Shown here: positions 49,275 through 61,775 of the stretch, piece after piece
Position numbering within the stretch: the first letter of the stretch is position 1
Layout of the letters: every line of letters starts with the position of its first letter
Source: Centroscyllium fabricii
Taxonomy: Eukaryota
DNA length: 64,000 nt
Assembly: GCA_051313645.2 (NCBI GenBank)
Contig: JBNRSN020000002.1
Span: 539,214,001-539,278,000, forward strand
Direction of reading: 5' to 3'
Program-made: the position numbers and the translations under genes
The notes under the pieces: model-generated
Database searches by the model: none
Seen by the model: the letters and a program-made list of their open reading frames with translations, nothing else
What the model was told of the DNA's origin: nothing

Positions 49275-52200
49275 TTAATTTAATTTGTAAGTAAAATCTC
49301 AGTAAATAAGGGTTAAGTCATGACAGAGCAGCTCAGACCCATGTCCTGCTCCTCCTGTGCAATGTGGGAAATCAGGGACTCTCCCAGTGTCCCTGACAAC
49401 TATGTGTGCGGGAAGTGTGTCCAGCTGCAGCTCCTGACGGTCCGCATGTCGGAGCTGGAGCTGCGGATGGACTCACTCTGGAGCATCCACGAAGCTGAGA
49501 AGGTTGTGGATAGCACATTCAGTGAGTTGGTCACACCGCAGGTTAAGGCTAGCTCAGACAGTATCTGGGTGACCAAAAGAAAGAGCAATGTCAGGAAGGT
49601 AGTGCGGTCATCTCCCTCCAAAACAGGTTTACCGTTTTGGGTGCTGTTGGGGGAGATGACTTATCAGGGGAAGGCACCAGCAGCCAGGTTCATGGCACCA
49701 TGACTGGTTCTGCTGCACAGAAGGGCGGGAAAAAGAGTGGCAGGGCTATAGTGATAGGGGATTCAATTGTAAGGGGAATAGACGGGAGTTTCTGTGGCCG
49801 TCACCGAGATACCAAGATGGTGTGTTGCCTCCCTGGTGCAAGGGTCAAGGATGTCTCGGAGCGGGTGCAGAGCATTCTGGAGGGGGAGGGTGAACAGCCA
49901 GTTGTCGTGGTACATGTAGTACCAACGATGTAGGTAAAAAAAGGGAGGAGGTCCTACAAGCTGAATTTAGGGAGTTAGGAGATAAATTAAAAAGTAGGAC
50001 CTCAAATGTAGTAATCTCTGGATTGCTACCAGTGCCACGAGCTAATAAGAATAGAGAGAGCAGGATAGTTAGGCTAAATACGTGGCTTAAGCAGTGGTGC
50101 AAGAGGGAGGGATTTACATTCCTGAGGCATTGGAACCAGTTCTGGGGGAGGTCGGACCTGTACCAAAGGGACGGTCTGCACTTGAACAGAGGTGGAAAAG
50201 ATGTCCTCGGGGTAATATTTACTAAAGCGGTTCGGGAGGTTTTAAACTAGTATGGCAGGGGGGTGGGAACCTAGGTAGTGGAAAAGAGGGAAGTCCTAGG
50301 AAGCCAGAAATAAATGGTAGGAAGGTGAGAAGCAATAAGCAAGGGAGAGAAACACAAAGGGCCAAAATAATTCATAATAGTGTGATCAAAACAAGCCTAA
50401 AGGCTTTGTATCTTAATGCAAGAAGCATTAGGAACAAGGTGGATGAACTAGCTGTTGAAATAGAGGTAAGCAAATATGAGTTGATTGGAATTACGGAAAC
50501 ATGGCTGCAGGGTGGGCAAGGCTGGGAACTCAACATCCCGGGGTATACAACATTCAGAAAGGATCGGCACAAAAGAAAGGGAGGTGGGGTGGCATTGCTG
50601 GTGAAAGAGGGGATAAATGCAATTGAAAGGAAGGATATTAACTCAGATGATACGGAATCGATATGGGTAGAACTAAGAAATAGTAAAGGGCGGAAAACAT
50701 TAGTGGGAGTTATATACAAGCCTCCAAATAGTAATATGGAGGTGGGGGATGGCATAAAAAGGGAAATTAGAGAAGCTTGCAATAAGGGCACAGCTGTCGT
50801 CATGGGCGACTTTAATCTACATATTGATTGGACTAGCCAAGTTAGTAAAAATACTGAGGAGGAGGAATTCCTAGAATGTCTACGGGACGGGTATCTGGAC
50901 CAATATGTCGAGGAACCAACTCGGGATCAGGCTATCTTAGACTGGGTATTGTGCAATGAGAAGGGACTAATTAGCAATCTAGTTGTACGAGGCCCCTTGG
51001 GTCGGAGCGATCATAATATGATCGAATTCTCAGTTGAGATGGAAAGTGAAAAGATCAACTCAGAGACTAGGGTCCTGAATTTAAATAAAGGGAATTATGA
51101 AGGTATGAGAAGGGAATTAAGTAAGATAGATTGGGCAGTGTTTCTGGGGGGATTGAATGTGGATAGACAATGGCAAGCATTCAAGTATAGGATGGAATAA
51201 TTACAGAACTCGTTCATACCGGTTTGGCATAAGAATAAACCTAGAAAGGTGACTCAACCGTGGATAACAAGGAAAATAAGGGACAACATTAAATCCAAAA
51301 AATGGGCATATCAATTGGCCAAAAAAAGTACCAGGCCGGAAGATTGGGAGCAGTTCAGGATACAGCAAAGGAAGACAAAGGGATTAATCAGGAGGGGGAA
51401 GATAGATTACGAATGTAAGCTTGCGGCAAACATAAAAACTGACTGCAAAAGCTTTTATAGGTACATCAAGAGGAAAAGATTGGTAAAATCCCAAGTCGGT
51501 CCCTTGCAGTCCGATTCAGGGGAATATATAATGGGGAATAAAGAAATGGCAGACCAACTAAATTCATATTTTGGTTCTGTCTTCACAAAGGAGGACACAA
51601 GCAACCTCCCTGGGATAGCAGCGAACATAGGGTCTAATGCAAGGGAGGAGCTGACAGAAATCAGTATTTCTAGGGAGATGGTTTTGGGGAAGTTGAAGGG
51701 ATTGAAGGCCGACAAATCCCCAGGGCCTGATAATCTACATCCTAGGGTACTTAAAGAGGTAGCCCTGGAAATAGAGGGTGCTTTAAGGATCATTTTCCAG
51801 AACTCGATAGACTCTGGATCAGTACCCATGGATTGGAGGGTGGCTAATGTTACCCCACTATTTAAAAAGGGGGGCAGAGAGAAGGCAGGAAATTATAGAC
51901 CAGTAAGCCTTACATCAGTAGTGGGCAAAATGCTCGAGTCCATTATCAAGGATGTAATCTCGGAGCATTTGACAATTAGGGATGAGATCGGACAGAGTCA
52001 ACATGGATTTACAAAAGGTAAATCCTGTTTAACTAATTTATTGGAATTCTTTGAGGAAGTAACTCAGAAAATAGATGGGGGAGAGCCAGTAGATGTGGTG
52101 TACCTTGACTTCCAGAAAGCCTTCGATAAGGTTCCACATAAAAGATTGGCATGTAAAATTGAGGCTCATGGGATTGGGGGCAAAGTTTTGATGTGGATAG

Positions 52201-53304
52201 AGAACTGGTTGGCAGACAGAAAACAGAGAGTTGGAATTAACGGCTCATTTTCTGAGTGGCAGCCGGTGACTAGTGGGGTACCGCAGGGGTCTGTCCTGGG
52301 ACCCCAGCTGTTTACAATATATATTAATGATCTGGATCAGGGAATTGAATGTAATATCTCCAAATTCGCAGATGACACCAAACTTGGAGGGGGGGCGGGC
52401 TCTGGAGAGGGTGTCAGGAAGTTACAGGGCGATTTGGATAAGTTGGGGGACTGGGCAGATAGATGGCAGATGCACTATAATGTGGATAAATGTGAGGTTA
52501 TCCACTTTGGGGGCAAAAACAGGAGGGTAGATTATTACTTAAATGGCGATAGATTGGGAGATGGGGAGGTGCAAAGAGACCTGGGTGTTCTTGTGCACCA
52601 GTCGCTGAAGGCGAGCACGCAGGTGCAGCAGGCGGTTAGGAAGGCAAATGGTATGTTGGCCTTCATATCAAGAGGGTTCGAGTATAGGAATAAGGATACC
52701 TTACTACAGCTGTACAAGGCACTGGTGAGACCACACCTCGAGTATTGTGTACAGTTCTGGTCGCCTCGCCTGAGAAAGGATGTTCTTGCCATGGAGGGAG
52801 TGCAGCGGCGTTTCACCAGGCTGATTCCTGGAATGGCAGGAATGACCTACGAGGAGAGATTATGTAGTCTGGGCTTGTACTCGTTGGAGTTTAGAAGATT
52901 GAGAGGCGATCTCATTGAGACGTATAAAATTCTGAAGGGTCTGGACCGGTTAGATTCAGAGAGAATGTTTCCAATGGTGGGGGAGTCCAGAACCAGGGGC
53001 CACGGTCTAAGAATAAGGGGTAAACCATTTAGGACAGACATGAGGAAGAATTTCTTCACTCAGAGAGTGGTGGGCCTGTGGAATTCCTTGCCACAGAGGG
53101 CGGTGGAGGCCAGTTCATTAAATATATTCAAGAGGGAATTGGATATATTTCTTCAAGATAAGGGGATTAAAGGTTACGGAGAAAAGGCGGGGACGGGGTA
53201 CTAGCTTACTAAAGATCAGCCATGATCTCATTGAATGGCGGAGCAGGCTCGAAGGGCTGAATGGCCTACTCCTGCTCCTATCTTCTATGATTCTATGATT
53301 CTAT
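49275..53304 (+). mobile_element. Near full-length CR1 LINE (ORF1 zinc finger plus SGNH esterase; ORF2 APE plus RT) inserted in the Gypsy RT
   Basis: CSSCAMW...CGKC and IGDSIVRG...CCLPGAR in a frameshifted ORF1. ORF2 50325-53204 has an in-frame stop at 51198-51200. (ATTCTATG)n tail; GACCC at both junctions. Confidence 0.95.
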
Positions 53305-55402
53305 GACCCGGAGGAAGTGGTAGAGCCGGCCGTTCGCCTCGAAGGCGGTGTATTGGCGGTCGGATTTCCGGATGGGGAGTTGGTGATATGCCGACTTGAG
53401 GTCGATTGTGGAAAAGACCTTGTACTGGGCGATCTGGTTTACCATATCCGAAATGCGGGGAGGGGGTAGGCATCTAGCACGGTGTAGCGGTTATTCGTCT
53501 GGCTATAGTCGATGACCATGCGCAGTTTCTCGCCCGTCTTAACCACCACGACCTGGGCCTGCCAGGGGCTGGTGTTGGCCTCAATAATCCCTTCTTTCAG
53601 CATGCGCTCGACCTCCGACCTGACGAACGCCCGGTCCCGTGCACTGTAACGCCGACTTTTGGTAACAATGGGCTTGCATTTAGGGTCGAGATTGGCGAAC
53701 AGTGAGGGGGGGTCGACTTTTAATGTGGACAGGCCGCAAGTCGAGCTCTGCGTTAAGTTGGGATTGTCCCGGCTACTGACGTTCAGGGGGGCCAGGGTTC
53801 CACCGAAATCCATCATCACGCTCTTCAGGTGACACTGGAAAGCCAGCCCCAGTAAGACTGGGGCGCACAGCTGCTGGAGTACGTACAACTTAAAGTTGCG
53901 GTAAATGCGGTCCCTGATCGTGAGCGTGACGCTGCAGTAGCCGGTGACGTCCGGCGTGTGGGACTTTGAGGCAAGGGAGACTTGGTAGTGCGTGGGCTGG
54001 GTCTGCAGTGCGTAGCACCGCACTGTGTCGGGATGTATAAAGCTCTCTGTGCTACCAGTGTCGAATAGGCAGTTAGTGGCGTGCCCGTCCACCTTTATCC
54101 CCATCATGGAGTTGTACAAGGTGTGCAGCCTAGCCTGATTGACGGTGGCTGAGGCCGAAGTGTATGTTTGTGAGTGGGGGCCCTCCACTAGCTGGGGCCC
54201 CGGTCGGGGCTGTTGGCAAGATGGCCGCTCAGAAGATAGCGGCGCTGGCGATTCGCATGTGCCCAGCTGCTGTGGACAAGAAGACGGCGCCCGTGGTTTG
54301 AACGCGGCCGATCGCTGTGGACAAGATGGCGGCACCCGTGGTTCGAACGCGGCCGACCGCTGTGGATAAGATGGCAGCGTCCGTGGTTCGCACGCGACCG
54401 ACCGCTGTGGATAAGATGGCGGCGCCCGCGGTTCACACGCAGCCGACCGCGGTGGACAAGATGGCGGCATCAGCGGGTCGCACATGGCTGGTCGCGGTAG
54501 CGTTTGAGATGGCGGCGCCTGTGCCGCACGCGCAGCCGGCCTCCGGCATACAGTTAAAGGGGATTGAGGCGCCCGCGATTTACCCCCGGCTGACCGCTGC
54601 TGGGTCGCGCTGCAACACCATACCTGGAACCACGGAGTGGCATCGCTGTTCTCGCAGGCCACGCTGTTGGGTCTGGAGGTGGAGGCAGGGCTGGATTTGC
54701 ACACCTTCGCGTATTGCCCCTTCTTCGCGCATCGCGCGCAGGTCGCATTCTTCGCAGTGCACTGCGCCCGCGGGTGCTTTCCTTGGCCGCAGAAGTAGCA
54801 TCTTTGCCCCGCCAGTGTCTTCGCAGTCGCCGCTGCCATCGTGGGGGCCTCGGCCCGTCGCTGTGTCGCCCAGGGGTCAGGGGTACAGTGGGAGCCGTGA
54901 TCCCCTTACGCATCCATCTTTCGAAGCGCTCCGTCCACCGCGTTAGAAAGCGTTATCGCAGACTTGAGCGACAGTGTCTCCTGCTCCAGCAGCCGCTGGC
55001 AGGCCTGGCTGGACCTGAGTCCAGCCACATAGGCATCGCAGATTAGGAGGTTCGCCTCTTCCTCCGCTGTCCTTGCCTTGCAGTCGCAGGCCCGTGCGAG
55101 GGCTTGGAGTGCTAGTAGAAATTGTTCATTTGACTCACCAAGTTGTTGTCTTCTGGTCGTGATAACATGCCTGGCATAGACCGAGTGGGCCGGGCGCATG
55201 TAGCGGTCCTTTAACTTCTTGACCGCTTCCTCGTAAGTCTTGAGGCCGCGGATAAAGGAGTACACCTGGCTGCTGATCCGTGATGAGAGTACCTGGAGTT
55301 TGTCCTCATCACTCGTAGCCTTTACGGCCTTCATGTAGGCCTCGACCAGGCCAAACCAGGATTTATATCAAGGCGATCCGGTTTCACTGCGTTGCTCTCC
55401 AT
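53305..55402 (-). pseudogene. Gypsy gag-protease-RT N-terminal remnant
   Basis: CYFCGQGKHPRAQC and CARCAKKGQYAKVC knuckles, LFDTGS, SPW...LRMVIDY...DAYPLP. Confidence 0.9.
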
Positions 55403-55427
55403 GTTTTAAAAATTTAGTTAATAAAAT

Positions 55428-55665
55428 TGACGTCTCGTCAATTAATACACAAAGATGAGTAGTTACCTAAACTACTTGGCTTTTATTAACTAAGAATGGA
55501 GCTAGTCTCCTGATGAGGTCAAGGTGAAGAATGAGCGGGAGCAGGGCAGCACTCACCTATATGCTCCGACTTGAGGGGAGGAGTTAGGGGTGTGGCTGAC
55601 CTGGCCTGCAATACAGTAAAGGTGAACCAGCAACTATTTACAGTGGTTATTACACGGTTACCACA
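55428..55665 (-). repeat. 5' LTR (238 bp) with TATA-like box and AATAAA
   Basis: Minus strand TGTGGTAA...CATATAGG...TTAGTTAATAAAAG...GACGTCA; gag ATG at 55402. Confidence 0.95.
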
Positions 55666-56184
55666 CCAGGTTACTGCACCTTCGGGGAAATCCCCCCCAT
55701 TGACTGTGTCTCTCTCTCCTCGATGCTGCCTGACCTGCTGAGTGTTTCCAGATATCGTGCAAAACCAAGCATCAAAATAGTCTACAACTCTGCAGGTCGA
55801 AGACTGGGAGCTGCACAGCACAAATGTCAATGGAGAGACTGGCGTTATACTGCAGACTGTGGCTCGTTCTCTGCCTGGCCACATTACAGACGGAAGGCTG
55901 CAACGCCCCAGCGGCTATTTCCTGATCTTATAAGTGTGTGAGTGGGGCCAAAGGCAAAGCACTGCGGATGTTGGAAATCTGAAATAAAAACTGAAAATGC
56001 TGGAAATGCTCAGCAGGCCCGGCAGCATCCGTGGAGCGAGAAACAAGAGTTAATGTTTCAGGTCGATGACCTTTCGTCAGACCATGCGTTGGGCCATCAG
56101 CTTTCTCAGGATATCAAAAAGACCCAATACTAAATTTAGAAAGTGCCCAAGAGGTTCAAGGTTCTTAGATTGAAGTTATAGTGG

Positions 56185-56961
56185 TGTCAAAACAAGAAGG
56201 CCGATTATTATTTGAATGGCAATAGATTGGGAGAAGGGGAAGTGCAACGAGTCCTGGGTGTTCTTGTGCACCAGTCGCTGAAGGTAAGCATGCAGGTGCA
56301 GCAAGCAGTTAAGAAGGCAAATGGTATGTTGGCCTTCGTAGCGAGAGGGTTTGAGTACAGGAACAAGGATGTCTAGCTGCAGTTGTACAGGGCCTTGGTG
56401 AGACCACACCTTGAGTATTGTGTGCAGTTTTGGCCGCCTTATCTGAGGATGGATGTTCTTGCCATGGAGGGAGAGCAGCGAAGATTCACCAGGCTGATAC
56501 CTGGGATGGCAGGAATGACGTATGAGGAGAGATTGGGTCGATTGGGCTTGTACTCGCTGGAGTTTAGAAGAGTGAGAGGGGATCTCATTGAAACTTATAA
56601 AATTCTAACAGGACTAGACAGACTAGATGCAGGATGTTCCCACTGGTCGGGGAATCAAGAACCGGGGTCACAGTCTAAGGATAAGGGGTAAGTCATTTAG
56701 GACTGAGATGAGGAGGAATTTCTTCACCCAGAGAGTGGTGAACCTGTGGAATTTTCCACCACAGAAGGCGGTGGAGGCCAATTCATTAAATATATTCAAG
56801 AAGGAGTTGGATATATTTCTTAAGGCTAAAGGGATCAAGGGATATGGGGAGAAGGCAGGGACAGGGTACTGAATTTGGATGATCAGCCATGATCTCATTG
56901 AATGGTGGAGCAGGCTCAAGGGGCCGAATGGCCGACTCCTGCTCCTATCTTCTATGTTTCT
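56185..56961 (+). mobile_element. CR1 LINE 3' fragment
   Basis: [11 protein letters not shown] and FFTQRVV; stops and frameshifts. Confidence 0.9.
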
Positions 56962-57163
56962 ACAGTCCAGCTAACCCAAGTGGTGTTCGAAGGCCTCCGA
57001 GAGGAGATCACACATCATTTGGATCAATAGTCAAACTGGAATTCACTTCCCAAGATATACTACCAGCTATGCTTTGTACACCTGAAACTACGTCACATTG
57101 ACACAAAACTAGCAATATAACTGCAAACATAAATATTTATCATGTTACTATTTAAGATATTGA

Positions 57164-57793
57164 GGGGCAGAAATTGGGTTCCTTTGCACCTCTTGTTAGC
57201 GCCCCCGGGAGGGGCTAATGGGGTGCAAATGCCCTAGCGCCCAGGCACGGTGCTGCTAACACCTCCCGCGAAATTCAGTGGGAGGTTAGCGGCGGCGGTA
57301 GCCGGTAGCGTCCTGCTCCACTGGCGATGATGACGCCATCACTGTGCGCAGCGCCCCATTTGCACCCCAGCCCCAAACTTCGTTTGCGCCCCCTGAACTA
57401 ACAATGGGACCAACAAGATCAGCGGGAGGTTTTGCAGCGGCCATTTCCATTTTAGCCGACTACCAGCACCTGCCCACCTTCAACATTTCCATGGGGGGTG
57501 CTGGCCGTGATCGTTCAGCCCGGCACTCCTCGAGTGGCACGGCACCCCGCACCCCAGTGGCCCAGCAGGTCCCCGATGCGCGCAGCGCTAGGTTCCTCCT
57601 CTTTAATCAGGGGAGGAGGCCTGCAATGACGCGGCGCTACGTGCCACCGCGACATCGAGTAGTAGCGTCCGAAGGAGGAGGTGGAGTGCTTCCAGTCATG
57701 CTCCTTCTTGGGAAGCTACTACTAAATTTAATGGAGGAGGGGCGCTAAATATTTTGGTACGTTAATATTAGCGCCCCGGCGCCTTTGTCCCCC
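57164..57793. mobile_element. GC-rich Harbinger-like MITE (GGGGCAGAAATT / TTTGTCCCCC ends)
   Basis: Imperfect TIRs, tga/taa flanks, repeated TAGCGCC motifs. Confidence 0.55.
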
Positions 57794-57848
57794 TAAGATC
57801 TTTACTTTTTTTCATACCTGTGATTGATGCCAAGAATCAGAGACATAT

Positions 57849-58654
57849 GGGGGGATTTTCCTCGGGCCATGCGTTTCCGGTAGGGCGGGGTTTAAAATCC
57901 TGAAACCGGGGGGGTCCCGACCCTTCCCGCCGGATCCCCGCCGCTTTGCAGTTTTCGGCCAGCGTATCAAGCAAGCCTGAATCTTTCCCACCCGCCACCG
58001 GCGGGGTTGATCGTTGTGCTCATTAGGGGCCCTTAATTGCCATTGGTAATCCCATTTTAAGAGCCCCTCACCATTTTTGAGCCCTTCCCACCCATACCCC
58101 GCCATCCTGAAACCCCGCTGGTGAAACCTAGCGGGATCACAGTCAGCTTGGTCACTTTCAGCATCAAGGCATTGAAGGACCTGTAGCAGAATGCCTTCCA
58201 GGCCTTCAACACCCTGGAGGTGTAAGTGACTCCCTTGTCTGAGGAGCAGCTGTGGAGAAAACCTTCCACAAACTTACCTGACAGATGAATGGAAATGCTT
58301 CACAGAGAGACGGCCCCTAACTGTGAGAGCTTTCCAGCGAGTCCTTAGACCGGTCACTCAACCCACTTGGGCTTTGAGATTGGTTGCACTCCATTGTGAT
58401 GTCACAATGGACTGTTTCCATAGAAACTAACAACACATAGTCCTTAACTCTGTCAATCAAACCTTCGGCTATCAGCTGCAGCTCTGCTGTTTTCTGACTG
58501 GAATCAGTCAATTGGCAGGGGCTCTGACACGCGGGCAATTAATTGGCCAATTAAGCCAAAATTGTGTGGGGCTCCCAGGCCCTTAAACATTCATGTCAGA
58601 AAACTGATCTGCCCAAAACCCGCCAGCTTCCCACCCCTTTGCGAAAATCCCCCC
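57849..58654 (+). mobile_element. Complete GGGGGGATTTT-TIR DNA element
   Basis: GGGGGGATTTTC...GAAAATCCCCCC; colinear with 5690-6496. Confidence 0.85.
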
Positions 58655-59303
58655 GCCCCCTCCCAACTTTTGAGACCACACTAACTGGAGCTCTTGAGAT
58701 GAGATCTGATTGAGGTGTTCACAATGATGATGGTTTTTAATAAGGTAAATCTGAAAAGCTATCACCGCTGGTCAGATAGTCAGTCAGTAGAGGGCACAGA
58801 TTTCAGATCATCTCAAAAGAAATAACAGGGCATGTTAAAATATTTTTTTTCCACATAGATGGTAGTTAGGACATAGAATACCCAACCAGAAACAGCAGTG
58901 GAAGCAGAATCCAGAACAGCTTTTGAAAGAGGTGCCTTAATATTTCAAAACAAAAATGTAAAAAGGTATAGGGAAAGGGAAGGGTAGTGGATTAAAATGG
59001 ATAGCTCCTCCAAAGAGCCGGCACAAGTGTGATGGGCCTAATGCCGTCATTCTGTGCTGTAAAATTCTATAGCCCCAAAATTTGCTGGTGAGAGCCAATG
59101 TAGATCAGTGAGTAAAGAGAGATGGGTGAGCGATCCTCGGTGCGAGTCTTGCAGCACAGAATGAGGCCATTAAGACCATTTTGTTTTTTTCAAAAAAATC
59201 TATTTTAAACCCACTTCTTATTTTTCAACAAATAATTTTGAAATAAAAGGGCATCGAATGCCTGTTCCTTTGTGTAGAATATGAAACTATTCCAGAAGAT
59301 TAC

Positions 59304-59414
59304 CTTCATTTTGTTTCAATGATCCTTTGCCATTTGTGCAGTACCGAGGGGTACGGCCACCTCTAGGAATGTCACTGCTGGAGGAGTTCCTTTCCATTGA
59401 CGTCATTTCAGCAA
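59304..59414 (-). CDS. Candidate linker exon (AEMTSMERNSSSSDIPRGGRTPRYCTNGKGSLKQNE), 111 nt, phase 1-1
   Basis: ctctgtattttatcaacaCAG acceptor and AAG|GTAATC donor. Only one frame is open. Lies in unique sequence; no homology evidence. Confidence 0.45.
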
Positions 59415-59677
59415 CTGTGTTGATAAAATACAGAGTGCTTAGGCCACTGCACGGCACTTATATTCACAGCTAGTCACCTTTTCAGCAGTGAACACCCTCT
59501 TCTGTTTGTAACATGTCCCCTGGTTTGCGGCGAATTGGTTGCCCCAGCGGGTACAGTTCACAAACAGTTAGAGGTTCAAGTTCCAAAGGCAGACGGTTGG
59601 ATTGCAAAGCAGACGCCCGACACTGAGATGGCTTTTGGGCAGAGTGGTTCAGAAGAGGAAATGGACATTGGCCTGTT

Positions 59678-59921
59678 GTCCAAAGATGTGCGGGTTAGGT
59701 TGATTGGCCATGATAAATTGACCCTTAGTGTTAGGGGGATTAAATATGTGGGGTTACGGGGATATGGTGGGATATGTGTCAGCGCAGGCTCGATAGGGAT
59801 GTGGGGGGAGGGCAGGGACAGGGTACTGGGTTTGGATGATCTGCCATGATCTCATTGAATGGCGGAGCAGGCTCGAAGGGCCGAATGGCCTACTCCTGCT
59901 CCTAGTTTCTATGTTTCTATG
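59678..59921 (+). mobile_element. 5'-truncated HE1-type SINE with CR1-type tail
   Basis: Runs from GTCCAAAGATGTGCGGGTTAGG to GTTTCTATGTTTCTATG. Confidence 0.85.
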
Positions 59922-60112
59922 ACTTTTTAAAACGCCTCAATTTTAAAATTCTCTTTCTTGCCTTCAAATCCCACCATGGCCTCGTCCCGCCCTGTCCCCG
60001 TCACCTCCTCCAGCCCCACAACCCTCCGAGATCTCTGCGCTCCTCCGATTCTGGCAGCTTGAGCATCCCCGATTTTCATCGCTCCACCATTGGCGGCCGT
60101 GCCTTAAGCTCT

Positions 60113-60660
60113 GGATAGCCAAGAGGCTTATAGCCAAGTTCCGCACTCATGAGCACGGCCTCAACCGAGATATTGGCTTCATGTCGCGCTACATGTGACC
60201 CCATCTGACGTAGAGTCATCCAGACTCGAGTCGTCTTTGGCTTCTCCTCACCATGCAGATGCGACTGTACCGGCTGCGATTTCTAGCAAGAAAAATCTTT
60301 TTTTTAAAAATCATTCTGTGTGGGTTTTCACACAGACCCAGACTGCAACATTTGACCCTTTGTGACTGCACCTCATTGTTCCTAGGGTGGTGCCTGCTTG
60401 ACTGACTGATCTGTTTAAACACCATTCACACCTTTGGTTGCTATGAATGTCTCTCTGCCGAGGTGTGATGTAGGGCAGTTGGAAAGATGACATTGTTCTC
60501 CGTCTATATATGCTGTGTTTAAATGCATCTCTCTTACACCTGACGAAGGAGCAGCGCTCCGAAAGCTTGTGATTTTAAATAAAGCTGTTGGACTATAACC
60601 TGGTGTTGTGTGACTTCTTACATTTGTCCACCCCAGTCCAACATTGGCACCTCCACATCA
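60113..60660 (+). mobile_element. Penelope-like 3' end/pLTR with hammerhead-like motif at 60537-60571
   Basis: Colinear with 28400-28917 plus the tail seen inverted at 27676-27708. Confidence 0.82.
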
Positions 60661-60864
60661 TTATTTCTGCAGTTTCTCTGTTCCTCTCTTTCCACAGTTT
60701 CTCTCTGCCTTTTCCCCTCTGCTTCTCTTTGCCCTGTATCTCCCTCTCTCTGCTGTTCTCACTGCCTCTCTCTGCAAGCTCTAACTTTTTCTATACAGTA
60801 TCACTTCCCATTGTGAATATGCCCTTAGCATGCACGATTCACAAGTAGTGCACTGATATATTTT

Positions 60865-61633
60865 GGGGGGGATTTTGCCAGAAGGGCGGGAACCTGGCGG
60901 GGATTGGTCTGGGCCGCCTCCGGCCCCGCCCGCCCAAACAGCTGGGAAGGCCACGCAATTTTAGTTTAATTGAGTTGTTGAATCCACGCCGGCGGCAGCG
61001 GGAGGTAATTAGGTCAATCGAGTCGGGCTGCATCGGGGCTGCGACGAGTTTAATTGACAGTTCCAGCACTGGTTGTTGACAGTTCCCATGGAACCACTCC
61101 ACTGTGACGTCACAGTAGAGTGGAACCAATGGGAAAGGTCAACTGCTGGTGACTGACAGGTGGGCGGGCTCAGAATTCTTGACAGCTCGGCAGCAGCTGT
61201 GAGGAAATGTTCAGAACTGAGATTTCTCAGTTTCTGCTCACAGCTGCTGCAGCCACAGCAGAGTTACTTACTCCTCTAAGGTGCTGGAGGCATGCCAAGC
61301 ATTTGGCAGCATGTCCTTCACACCTTGAAGGAGAAAGTTATAACCAGCGCTGTGCTCCCGCTGGGTTTCACCTAGCGGGGTTTAAGGTGACGGGATTAGG
61401 GCGGGAAACAGGGCAAAATGGCTGAGGGCCCTTAAAATGGCATTAAAGATGCCAATTAAAGGCCCTTAACGAGGTGACAACCCATCCCCACCGGCCGGCG
61501 GCAGGAAGGTTTCAGGGCAGGGAATCTGGGCGGGGGAAAATGAGAAAGCGGTGGGGATATGGTGGTGGGGGGGTGGGGGGGCGGGACCTGACGGTTCCGC
61601 TATTTTGCCGGCCGGGACACCGAAAACCCCGCC
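60865..61633 (-). mobile_element. Diverged GGGGGGGATTTT-family DNA element
   Basis: TIR-like ends and shared internal motifs (GGGCCCTTAAAATGG, CACCTTGAAGG). Confidence 0.65.
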
Positions 61634-61775
61634 TAAAGATTCAGTAAATCAGTTATTCATGGAATCAAAATGTGCTTCACATAAGAATTCAATAATTACT
61701 TTCAAATCCCAGAATTTAATAGTAAGACGAGTGAAAAAAACAAATATGAATAAAGAAGCTTAATTCATCACACTT

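Larger units (their letters stand above)
46939..55665 (-). mobile_element. Full-length but degenerate Gypsy (Metaviridae) LTR retrotransposon, TSD CCAGG
   Basis: TG...CA LTRs at 55428-55665 and 46939-47175; CCAGG on both sides; polypurine tract next to the 3' LTR; gag, zinc knuckle, protease (LFDTGS), RT, RNase H and integrase in Gypsy order. Confidence 0.95.
46193..55697 (+). mobile_element. GGGG-GATTTT-family DNA element hosting the Gypsy insertion near its right end
   Basis: GGGGTGGATTTT at 46193, body to 46938, resumes 55666-55697 ending GGAAATCCCCCC. Confidence 0.8.

Noticed and set aside
59478-59672. Possible exon between an AG and AAG|GTGACT on the minus strand
   Set aside because: Stops occur in all three frames and the acceptor abuts a SINE.
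59535-59849. 104-aa plus-strand ORF
   Set aside because: Its second half is HE1 SINE sequence; no recognisable domain.
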